Source: a virus
IMG/VR virus record: IMGVR_UViG_3300021093_000007
DNA length: 64,000 nucleotides
Reading direction: 5' to 3' (one strand)
Part shown: in pieces, positions 54,381 through 61,733 of the stretch
How positions within the stretch are numbered: the first letter of the stretch is position 1
How the letters are laid out: each line of letters opens with the position of its first letter
Notes under the pieces: model-generated
Seen by the model: the letters and a program-made list of their open reading frames with translations, nothing else
Told to the model about the DNA's origin: nothing
Databases searched by the model: none
Made by a program: the position numbers and the translations under genes

Positions 54381-54998
54381 ATGGCACACACCGATTCGAT
54401 CATCGCAACCTATTTCCAGAGCAACATTCTGGACAGGCAGACAGGTGCCGAATGGTATCACAACGCCTACGAAGTTTGTGTTACTTTGGGCGAAAAGTAT
54501 GGTTTCAATCCTAACACTGTGGCAGGTGTTATCGCTGCACTTTCTCCTAACAACAAATGGGATAGAAATGTGGAGGATGCTGAAACAATGCTCCGCGCCT
54601 ATTGTTATGATCTCCCCTGGGATTCTGTGAAAGTTTGCTCCTACAGTGCAAACAAAGATAAAGCAATTTCTATCATCGAACTGATGCTAGATTCTGATGA
54701 TCTCATCACGAAAGTTCTACGGGGAAACAAAACAATCGCCTTTTATCATTGCATTGCAAAGGATGGAAATTCTGACACTCCCTGCATTGATGGTCACGCC
54801 TACAATGTGTGGAATGGCAGTGTAACTAACCTGAAAGAAGTTCCTGCTATGTCAGACAAAACTTTCGCCATGATTCAAGATGCTTACCGTGACGCTGCTA
54901 AGTTAATCTCAAGCGTGACCGAAAAGTATTATTCAGCGGCGCAGATTCAAGCGATCACCTGGGTAGCGTATCGCAGGATACACAAAAACCTAGTGTGA
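54381..54998 (+). CDS. Conserved phage protein, possible HhH-superfamily (glycosylase-like) fold
   Basis: G..WY...VAGVIAALSP..W..N...GNKT..F...CIDGHA...QIQAITWV. Confidence 0.6.
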   Translation: MAHTDSIIATYFQSNILDRQTGAEWYHNAYEVCVTLGEKYGFNPNTVAGVIAALSPNNKWDRNVEDAETMLRAYCYDLPWDSVKVCSYSANKDKAISIIELMLDSDDLITKVLRGNKTIAFYHCIAKDGNSDTPCIDGHAYNVWNGSVTNLKEVPAMSDKTFAMIQDAYRDAAKLISSVTEKYYSAAQIQAITWVAYRRIHKNLV

Positions 54999-55032
54999 CG
55001 GATTGTTACAAAGGGTGCCCATCGGGCACCCC

Positions 55033-55076
55033 ACCCTCTAGGATACATTCAAGCGAGGCAAACGGACCTCGCGCAA
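55033..55076 (+). repeat. 44-bp direct repeat copy 1 (-10 box plus 5' hairpin)
   Basis: ACCCTCTAGGATACATTCAAGCGAGGCAAACGGACCTCGCGCAA. Confidence 0.9.
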
Positions 55077-55088
55077 TTCTTTAACATC

Positions 55089-55265
55089 ATGTGGGCAATT
55101 TCTTCTGAATTCAAGTTCAATGAAGCGGTCGCAGAATTCTATGATGATTTCGATCATGCAAAGGATTGTGCATTTAATTGGAGTGTAGAAATGCACGGTC
55201 AAATTGTCTACATCTTCCGAATGACAACAGGCAAACCTATTCGCTGGATGGCAGTTTTCGCCTGA
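55089..55265 (+). CDS. Small hypothetical protein
   Basis: 58-aa ORF read manually after repeat. Confidence 0.55.
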   Translation: MWAISSEFKFNEAVAEFYDDFDHAKDCAFNWSVEMHGQIVYIFRMTTGKPIRWMAVFA

Positions 55266-55327
55266 TTCTTAACACTCAAGGGGGTGAAATTCCCCCTCCA
55301 TTTTTTACACTTTCCTACCTTAACATC

Positions 55328-55489
55328 ATGGCATTAGGTGTAACGATTCGCTACCAAACTCCCTACAATTCTTGTGAGTGGAGAGAGCAAACGTTTGCTA
55401 CATTTGAGGAGGCAGATCGCATGGCAGCGTTCTATCGTTCCTGCGGATCTCCCGCCGAAATTGTAACTGTAAAGGTGCCACAAAAATGA
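55328..55489 (+). CDS. Conserved small cyanophage protein
   Basis: IRYQTPYNSCEWR.Q.F.T.EEA.RM..FYRSCGSPA. Confidence 0.6.
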   Translation: MALGVTIRYQTPYNSCEWREQTFATFEEADRMAAFYRSCGSPAEIVTVKVPQK

Positions 55490-55756
55490 GAACTTTCACC
55501 ATCATTTTTGTGGTGATGTTTCTAATGTCTCCTACAGTTAGAAACAGCACCGCCAACATTCTGCACACTACAGCAAACCTAATTTCAACACAGTGACACA
55601 CTATCCCTCCCGCCTTCGGTATAAACTTCCCGCTGAAAGAATCGCTGAGCTTGTAGAAAAGAATTGCACCACCCTAAGTGATGATGAATGGATGCAATTT
55701 TTTGAGCAAGTCAACATTATTTCAGATTGTGACAAACCCGCTCCCGTGAGCGCCTG

Positions 55757-55800
55757 ACCCTCTAGGATACATTCAAGCGAGGCAAACGGACCTCGCGCAA
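55757..55800 (+). repeat. 44-bp direct repeat copy 2
   Basis: Identical to 55033..55076. Confidence 0.9.
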
Positions 55801-55813
55801 CCCCATCAGACTG

Positions 55814-56068
55814 ATGATCAAAACCATCATCCGCACCGCCATCCGCTCCCGCCTGATCAACGACGGACCCCTGACCTGCAGCGACCTTGTGCGCTCGTTT
55901 GGTCTTGACCCCCGCCGCCATAAGGGCACTATTCACGCCCTTATGGTCGATCTGGAAACGGATGGCGTTCTGAGTGCAACCCGTGCCGATAATGGCAAGC
56001 GGGATCTGTGGTTTGTTAACTTTGAGCAGATCCGCAAGCGTGACAGAATCGCCGCCGCCATGATGTGA
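55814..56068 (+). CDS. Winged-helix-like DNA-binding protein
   Basis: L..DGPLTCSDLVRSFGL...TIHALMVDLETDGVL...RDLW. Confidence 0.55.
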   Translation: MIKTIIRTAIRSRLINDGPLTCSDLVRSFGLDPRRHKGTIHALMVDLETDGVLSATRADNGKRDLWFVNFEQIRKRDRIAAAMM

Positions 56069-56125
56069 ATGATACAATCGGGGGGGACACAATCCCCCCT
56101 CTACGTTCACACTATCATCACCACA

Positions 56126-56296
56126 ATGAAATTCGCAACTTCTCTCTCAATCGCTGAATTCTTCTACCTCGGCGTTGATACTCAAGCGGGGAAAGATGAT
56201 GAGCAGTTTGGGTTATCAATCGGCAGATTCTACGTTGGTTTGTATAACAATGTCCTAAGCATTGGTATACTTGACGACAAAGGTTGCCTGCCCTGA
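56126..56296 (+). CDS. Small hypothetical protein
   Basis: Start moved; ends just before terminator. Confidence 0.5.
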   Translation: MKFATSLSIAEFFYLGVDTQAGKDDEQFGLSIGRFYVGLYNNVLSIGILDDKGCLP

Positions 56297-56307
56297 TTAA
56301 CACTTTG

Positions 56308-56333
56308 CCCCCTCATTCGTGAGGGGGTTTTTT
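56308..56333 (+). terminator. Intrinsic terminator with UUCG loop
   Basis: CCCCCTCA-TTCG-TGAGGGGG-T6. Confidence 0.85.
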
Positions 56334-56519
56334 ATACTTTCGTGCGGACACATCCATTCATCAGATCTCGTTATGACAGTTAATTCGTTCCATAAGTTAT
56401 ACTAATGCCGCGCCCTGCGCCGTATATAAAATCGTTAACTACCCTAACCTACAGAGGTGACAAATCGAGTGAGTGATTTCACTTTCATCTGAAAAATTTT
56501 TCAGAAAAAAATTTCCCAC

Positions 56520-57212
56520 TCAGGGTCCAACGATTCTCGGAGATGTCCAAGGGACATTATGAGGTTTATCAAGAATACAAAATTCAAAACGAATTACGAT
56601 TTTTTCTTCATCGTCTTTATATGGAATGTATTCACCAAACTTAGAATCTCTAAAGATAAACAGAGAGTTCTCTGCACCATCACTTTTATAATACTGAGAT
56701 TTATTATATTTTACAACGGTTCCGTTACCAATACTTGTATTCTTTAAATAATAAATTGCGGTGATAAATGTATCTTCGGGCCATAGGGAGTCTACACTTC
56801 TTTCTAAGTCACATATAGGTCTTCTTCTTTTATCTGCTAAAATTTTAATCGCCCAACAAGAATGTGGGAAGACTTGATATCCTGTAGATAAAATACTTTT
56901 ATGTTTCCATTTTGGTTTCAATAATTCTGGATAAACTAGTAAGAGATATTCTTTTACTTTTTCACATACTGTTTTACAAAAAGTATTCCAATATGGTTGA
57001 CAATAAGGATAGATGAGACTATCTGTTAAATGCAATCCATGACAATCCATGATACAGTTTGTGATTTGATATAGATCTGTTGCTTTGGCATTTGAATTAG
57101 AATTGAATTTAAAATGTTTATCACAACTCTCTAATAAGTCATCAATAGTTTTTGAGTCAAATACATCATAGCACTGATAGTATTTGTGATTAATGACTTT
57201 ATTTTTATACAT
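56520..57212 (-). CDS. Degenerate 2OG-Fe(II) oxygenase-like protein
   Basis: CWAIK...TAIYYLKN..GT...ENSLFIF as in 19458..20111 but His ligands absent. Confidence 0.55.
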   Translation of the reverse strand: MYKNKVINHKYYQCYDVFDSKTIDDLLESCDKHFKFNSNSNAKATDLYQITNCIMDCHGLHLTDSLIYPYCQPYWNTFCKTVCEKVKEYLLLVYPELLKPKWKHKSILSTGYQVFPHSCWAIKILADKRRRPICDLERSVDSLWPEDTFITAIYYLKNTSIGNGTVVKYNKSQYYKSDGAENSLFIFRDSKFGEYIPYKDDEEKIVIRFEFCILDKPHNVPWTSPRIVGP

Positions 57213-57274
57213 GCTATAATCACAAAGGTATTACTAGTTATGCCATAAATACTTGGGAGTCAAGAGGATTTAAT

Positions 57275-57436
57275 ATGGACAAAGTTTATCACATCTACGA
57301 CAAAGATAACCATTGTATTGATGCTGTTCTCTCTGAAGATGAATTCATAGAGAAATGGAAAGAACTCAAAGGGAAGGAATTTGACTATGAGGAAGTCGAA
57401 GTAAATCGACAACTTATGGTAGAGTGTTCCTATTGA
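57275..57436 (+). CDS. Small conserved cyanophage protein
   Basis: 53-aa ORF read manually; GAGGA SD. Confidence 0.55.
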   Translation: MDKVYHIYDKDNHCIDAVLSEDEFIEKWKELKGKEFDYEEVEVNRQLMVECSY

Positions 57437-57461
57437 CAAACTAAAGACTAAACGTTAGAAT
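57433..57461 (+). promoter_or_regulatory. Sigma70-type promoter
   Basis: TTGACA-N17-TAGAAT. Confidence 0.7.
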
Positions 57462-57484
57462 TGACCTGATAAAACTTTTAAGAT

Positions 57485-58270
57485 ATGGCAAAAGGATTCA
57501 CTGTAAAAGCCACTGCTCCTACGCAACCTAAGGAGGATTGGGACTATGATGCAATTAGAGAGAGGATGCGAGGCAAGAGTATTGTCTTTTGTCTTCCAGG
57601 ACGTGGTTGTTCCTATCAATTTTTAAAATCATTTGTACAACTCTGTTTTGACCTTGTGCAGAATGGAATGAGTATTCAGATCTCTCAAGACTATTCTTCC
57701 ATGGTTAACTTTGCACGTTGCAAATGTCTTGGTGCAAACGTTCTTCGTGGACCAAAGCAAATTCCTTGGGATGGTAAACTGCAATATGATTACCAACTTT
57801 GGATTGATAATGACATTGTGTTCAACACAGAAAAATTCTGGCAATTGTGCGATCTCGCAGTACCTGGACCAGATAAAGACGGTATTCCTCAAGAAGAAAA
57901 AGAGATCGTTGCTGGATGGTATGCCACTGAAGATGGGGTAACAACCTCAGTTGCTCACTGGTTGGATGAGGATGACTTCCGTAAGAACGGTGGTGTTATG
58001 AATCATGAGACCACTGAATCTATGGCAAAGAGACGTAAACCATTCACCGTGGATTACACAGGTTTTGGTTGGGTTATGATTCGTAACGGTGTCTTTGAGC
58101 GTCTTGAGTATCCTTGGTTTGCTCCTAAGATGCAAGTCTTTGAATCTGGCGCAGTTCAGGATATGTGTGGAGAGGACGTATCGTTCTGTCTGGATGCCAA
58201 AGAGGCAGGCATTGAAACCTGGTGCGATCCACGGATTCGTGTTGGTCACGAGAAGACTCGTGTGATTTGA
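57485..58270 (+). CDS. GT-A/GT2-like glycosyltransferase conserved in cyanophages
   Basis: YDYQLWIDND, VDYTGFGW, GEDVSFC, RVGHEK. Confidence 0.7.
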   Translation: MAKGFTVKATAPTQPKEDWDYDAIRERMRGKSIVFCLPGRGCSYQFLKSFVQLCFDLVQNGMSIQISQDYSSMVNFARCKCLGANVLRGPKQIPWDGKLQYDYQLWIDNDIVFNTEKFWQLCDLAVPGPDKDGIPQEEKEIVAGWYATEDGVTTSVAHWLDEDDFRKNGGVMNHETTESMAKRRKPFTVDYTGFGWVMIRNGVFERLEYPWFAPKMQVFESGAVQDMCGEDVSFCLDAKEAGIETWCDPRIRVGHEKTRVI

Positions 58271-58271
58271 T

Positions 58272-58442
58272 ATGAGTACCTCTGAGAAACTTTATAACGT
58301 GTGTTATAATGGTAGAGCATTATATAAGGATATGACTCTTGAAGACTGTACTGATATTCTTCAAGAGTTCTCTGAACGCTTTTTCTCGGGGGAAGATATC
58401 GACCCTAATTTAATTTCACTTGAACCATTATTTGAATCTTAA
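58272..58442 (+). CDS. Small conserved cyanophage protein
   Basis: 56-aa ORF read manually. Confidence 0.55.
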   Translation: MSTSEKLYNVCYNGRALYKDMTLEDCTDILQEFSERFFSGEDIDPNLISLEPLFES

Positions 58443-58444
58443 CT

Positions 58445-58585
58445 ATGGCAAAAAGACCTTCACTGACTAATAAAATTGTTATTGAATCAAAACCCAAAAA
58501 AACTCGTCAAGGGACAGGTAAACATACTAAGTACGCCGCAACGTCTCGTAACGGGGCACGGAAGAGGTATAGAGGACAAGGTTAA
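58445..58585 (+). CDS. Small basic protein (PKKTRQG...KRYRGQG)
   Basis: 46-aa ORF read manually; motif typical upstream of gp25 in T4-like cyanophages. Confidence 0.65.
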   Translation: MAKRPSLTNKIVIESKPKKTRQGTGKHTKYAATSRNGARKRYRGQG

Positions 58586-58591
58586 TATCTT

Positions 58592-58624
58592 AGAGTGCTT
58601 AAATAGTAATAAGCACTCTTTTTT
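58592..58624 (+). terminator. Intrinsic terminator
   Basis: AGAGTGCTTA/TAAGCACTCT stem plus T-run. Confidence 0.75.
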
Positions 58625-58626
58625 AT

Positions 58627-59088
58627 ATGTTTTCAGATAAAGAGATATATATTTTAAATTGGATTAAAGAGGTATCTAAACTTAAACCAGAATTAAATGG
58701 TTTTGCAGTGTGTCCATTTGCATCTAATTCCAAATTTAAAATTATAGAGTGTCCAGCGGAGGAAGTATATCCAATTGATGGGTATCATGTTATCATTTTT
58801 ATTGTAGAAGACTACTTTAATTTGGATGCAGTTCAATTTTGGGTGGATCACCATAACTCAAAACATCCAAAATGGAAGTTTTTTGAAGACTGTGGTAATT
58901 ATAAGACGTATATAAAAGGAATTCAGACCAACAATGGTAAATATAACTTAATTTTAGCGCAACCAAAGGAAAAATTACAGGATTTTCGTAAAAAATTAGC
59001 AAGAACCTCTTATTATGACATGTGGAATGATGCATACTTGAGAGAAATTCTTGGTGATGACTACGAAATGGTCAAAAATTCGGGATAG
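58627..59088 (+). CDS. Hypothetical protein (DUF1415-like CPFA motif)
   Basis: WI...LNGFAVCPFA...LILAQ..KL...L..TSYY..W. Confidence 0.55.
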   Translation: MFSDKEIYILNWIKEVSKLKPELNGFAVCPFASNSKFKIIECPAEEVYPIDGYHVIIFIVEDYFNLDAVQFWVDHHNSKHPKWKFFEDCGNYKTYIKGIQTNNGKYNLILAQPKEKLQDFRKKLARTSYYDMWNDAYLREILGDDYEMVKNSG

Positions 59089-59132
59089 CAACCCCGTAAA
59101 AAGTTCTGATTTAACAAATCAGGAGCAAACAA

Positions 59133-59384
59133 ATGGGAAAACCAGCGGATCGTGATGTTAACTACATGTACAGCATGTGGGGAACAACTAGTTTAGTATC
59201 AGATTACAAATTATCTGAGGAAACTAAAGAAAAGAAGATGTTGCGAGAGATCGCAAATGATGATAAGACCCCTAAAAAACATGATTTTGAGGTTCAAAAT
59301 GAACTTCACGAAAAAATTCGCAATGACGAAGACTATGATGATTGGTCTTATGGCACTGAGCCAAATTGGGGGCACAAGTGGTAA
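59133..59384 (+). CDS. Conserved cyanophage hypothetical protein
   Basis: YMYSMWGTTSLVSDY...DYDDWSYGTEP. Confidence 0.65.
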   Translation: MGKPADRDVNYMYSMWGTTSLVSDYKLSEETKEKKMLREIANDDKTPKKHDFEVQNELHEKIRNDEDYDDWSYGTEPNWGHKW

Positions 59385-59391
59385 AAACCAC

Positions 59392-59399
59392 TATAAATA
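59392..59399 (+). promoter_or_regulatory. T4-type late promoter
   Basis: TATAAATA upstream of gp25. Confidence 0.8.
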
Positions 59400-59421
59400 A
59401 ATCATAATAATATTCAAAATA

Positions 59422-59823
59422 ATGCCGTTAGAGCGTATTAGTGTTGGATTTAGGGATATTAGTCTCTCGTTAAAGATCAATCCTTTAACGAGAGACTTAG
59501 CTGTTTTAAAGAATGAACAAGCTATCGCTCGATCAGTTCAAAATTTAGTTTTAACAATACGGGGAGAAAAGTTTTTTGAACCTTCTATAGGAACTGATGT
59601 AAATAAATTATTATTTGAAACTATTGATCTATTTACTGCTAGACGAATAGAAACCCAAATAACAGAAGTAATCAATCGGTTTGAACCAAGAGTAGAGTTA
59701 ATAGAAACGGTTATTACTCCAAACTATGATGAGGGGGCGATGGATGTTAAAATTACATATTTAATAGTTGGAATTGATGCCCTACCACAACGATTAGAAT
59801 TTGTATTATTACCAACTAGATAA
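59422..59823 (+). CDS. gp25: Baseplate wedge subunit gp25
   Basis: FRDISLS..NP.T.DL..LKNE.AI.RSV.NLV.T..GE..F.P..G..FEPRV. Confidence 0.9.
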   Translation: MPLERISVGFRDISLSLKINPLTRDLAVLKNEQAIARSVQNLVLTIRGEKFFEPSIGTDVNKLLFETIDLFTARRIETQITEVINRFEPRVELIETVITPNYDEGAMDVKITYLIVGIDALPQRLEFVLLPTR

Positions 59824-61728
59824 ATGCCAATAGTTAACGTATCAGCACTAGATTTTAACGATATAAGAGAATCTATCAAAAGCTTTTTGAGAGCTGATGG
59901 TAGGTACACAGATTATGACTTTGATGGGTCTAATTTTAGTGTATTGCTAGACACTCTAGCATACAACACTTATATTACATCATATAATGCAAATATGTTG
60001 ACTAATGAAGTGTTTTTGGATGGAGCAACACTAAGAGAGAACGTAGTATCTCTTGCTAGAAATTTAGGTTATCTTCCAAGATCAGTTAGATCATCTAGAT
60101 CTAAAATATCTTTTTTTGTTGATATATCTGCATTTGCCTCCAACCCAATCACAATTACCTTAAAAAAAGGTATTGTTGCTACTTCAAACGTATCATTCTC
60201 AAATATAAATTATATTTACTCTATACCAGACGATGTTACAGTTCCTGTATCTGGTGGAATTGCAGAATTCCCGAATGTTGATATTTTTGAAGGATCATAT
60301 ATTGAAGATAGTTTTATTGTTGACAGTTTAAATAAAAACCAAAGATTTATTTTAAACAATGATAATATTGATACTAGCTTGATAAGAGTGATTATTAGAG
60401 AAAGTAAAAATAGTAATATTTCAAGAGTTTATAAATTTGCAGATAATTTAACTGCAGTTAAACCAACAGATGATGTATTTTTTCTAAATGAAATTGAGGA
60501 TCAAAGGTATGAATTAATCTTTGGTGATGGAACTTTTGGAAGTAAACTAAAAAATAATAATTTTATCATGGTTAGTTATGTAACTACAAATGGTTCAATT
60601 GCAAATGGTGTCCGAAATTTTTCTTTTGCTGGTAGATTAGCAGATAATAATGGAAGTCCTGTTACTGTTGATGAACCACTCTTAACAACACTTGAAGTAG
60701 CGGGATATGGAGCTGATATTGAATCTATCGCTTCTATTAAAAAATTAGCACCAAGAGTATACGCTTCTCAGAATAGAGCTGTCACAGCATCTGATTATGA
60801 ATCATTGATACCCCTAATTTATCCAGAAACTGAATCAGTATCTGTATTTGGTGGTGAAGAATTGAATCCACCAAAATTTGGAAAGGTTTATATTACGGTT
60901 AAACCAAAAAATGGTTCTTATTTACCAACTGCAATTAAAGATAATTTAAAAATCACTCTCAGAAAATACGCAGTCGCTGGAATTGTTCCTGAATTTATAG
61001 ATTTAAAATATCTTTACATTGAATATAATGCAAAAGTATATTATAACAGCAATCAAGGAACTCCAGAGTATTTAAAAAATCAAGTACAACAAACTTTAGA
61101 AAAGTTTGCTGCGTCTGATGAATTAAATGTATATGGATCTAGATTTAAATATAGTAAATTTTTAAAGTTAATAGATGACTCTGCGGTTGCAATTACCTCA
61201 AATATCACAACAATCCAAATGAGGAGAGATCTTAAAGTTAGATTAAGGCAATTTACGGAGTATGAAATTTGTTTTGGTAATGAATTTCATATAAAAAATC
61301 GTAGTGGATATAATTTTAAAACTTCTGGATTTACTGTAGATGGTATTACTGGAACCGTGTATCTGTCAGATCTTCCACATAATGAGGGATTTGGATCAGT
61401 ATTTCTCTTTAAATTGGATGCAAGTAATCAACCAGTCGTTGTTAGAAAGAATGTTGGGTCTATTGATTATAATAGAGGAGAAATAAAATTAAATGCTTTA
61501 AATATTTTAAATACAACTAAAAAATCTTTTGGTGATGATATTATTGAATTTTCTGCAATACCAAAATCCAATGATGTGATTGGAAAGCAAGATCTTTATT
61601 TACAACTAGATAATTCAAAATCAAATATTAATATAATTAATGATGTAATTTCTTCTGGAATTGACATCTCAGGATCACAATACATAGTATCATCTAGCTA
61701 CTTAAACGGCGAGTTTATAAGACTATAA
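59824..61728 (+). CDS. gp6: Baseplate wedge subunit gp6
   Basis: LDF..I...DYDFDGS..SVLLDTLAYNTY...ATLRENVVSLA..LGY; SQNRAVTASDY. Confidence 0.92.
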   Translation: MPIVNVSALDFNDIRESIKSFLRADGRYTDYDFDGSNFSVLLDTLAYNTYITSYNANMLTNEVFLDGATLRENVVSLARNLGYLPRSVRSSRSKISFFVDISAFASNPITITLKKGIVATSNVSFSNINYIYSIPDDVTVPVSGGIAEFPNVDIFEGSYIEDSFIVDSLNKNQRFILNNDNIDTSLIRVIIRESKNSNISRVYKFADNLTAVKPTDDVFFLNEIEDQRYELIFGDGTFGSKLKNNNFIMVSYVTTNGSIANGVRNFSFAGRLADNNGSPVTVDEPLLTTLEVAGYGADIESIASIKKLAPRVYASQNRAVTASDYESLIPLIYPETESVSVFGGEELNPPKFGKVYITVKPKNGSYLPTAIKDNLKITLRKYAVAGIVPEFIDLKYLYIEYNAKVYYNSNQGTPEYLKNQVQQTLEKFAASDELNVYGSRFKYSKFLKLIDDSAVAITSNITTIQMRRDLKVRLRQFTEYEICFGNEFHIKNRSGYNFKTSGFTVDGITGTVYLSDLPHNEGFGSVFLFKLDASNQPVVVRKNVGSIDYNRGEIKLNALNILNTTKKSFGDDIIEFSAIPKSNDVIGKQDLYLQLDNSKSNINIINDVISSGIDISGSQYIVSSSYLNGEFIRL

Positions 61729-61733
61729 AAAAT

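Noticed and set aside
55601-56110. 169-aa minus-strand ORF
   Set aside because: Antisense to the winged-helix ORF and runs across the 44-bp promoter repeat; explained by locally higher GC.
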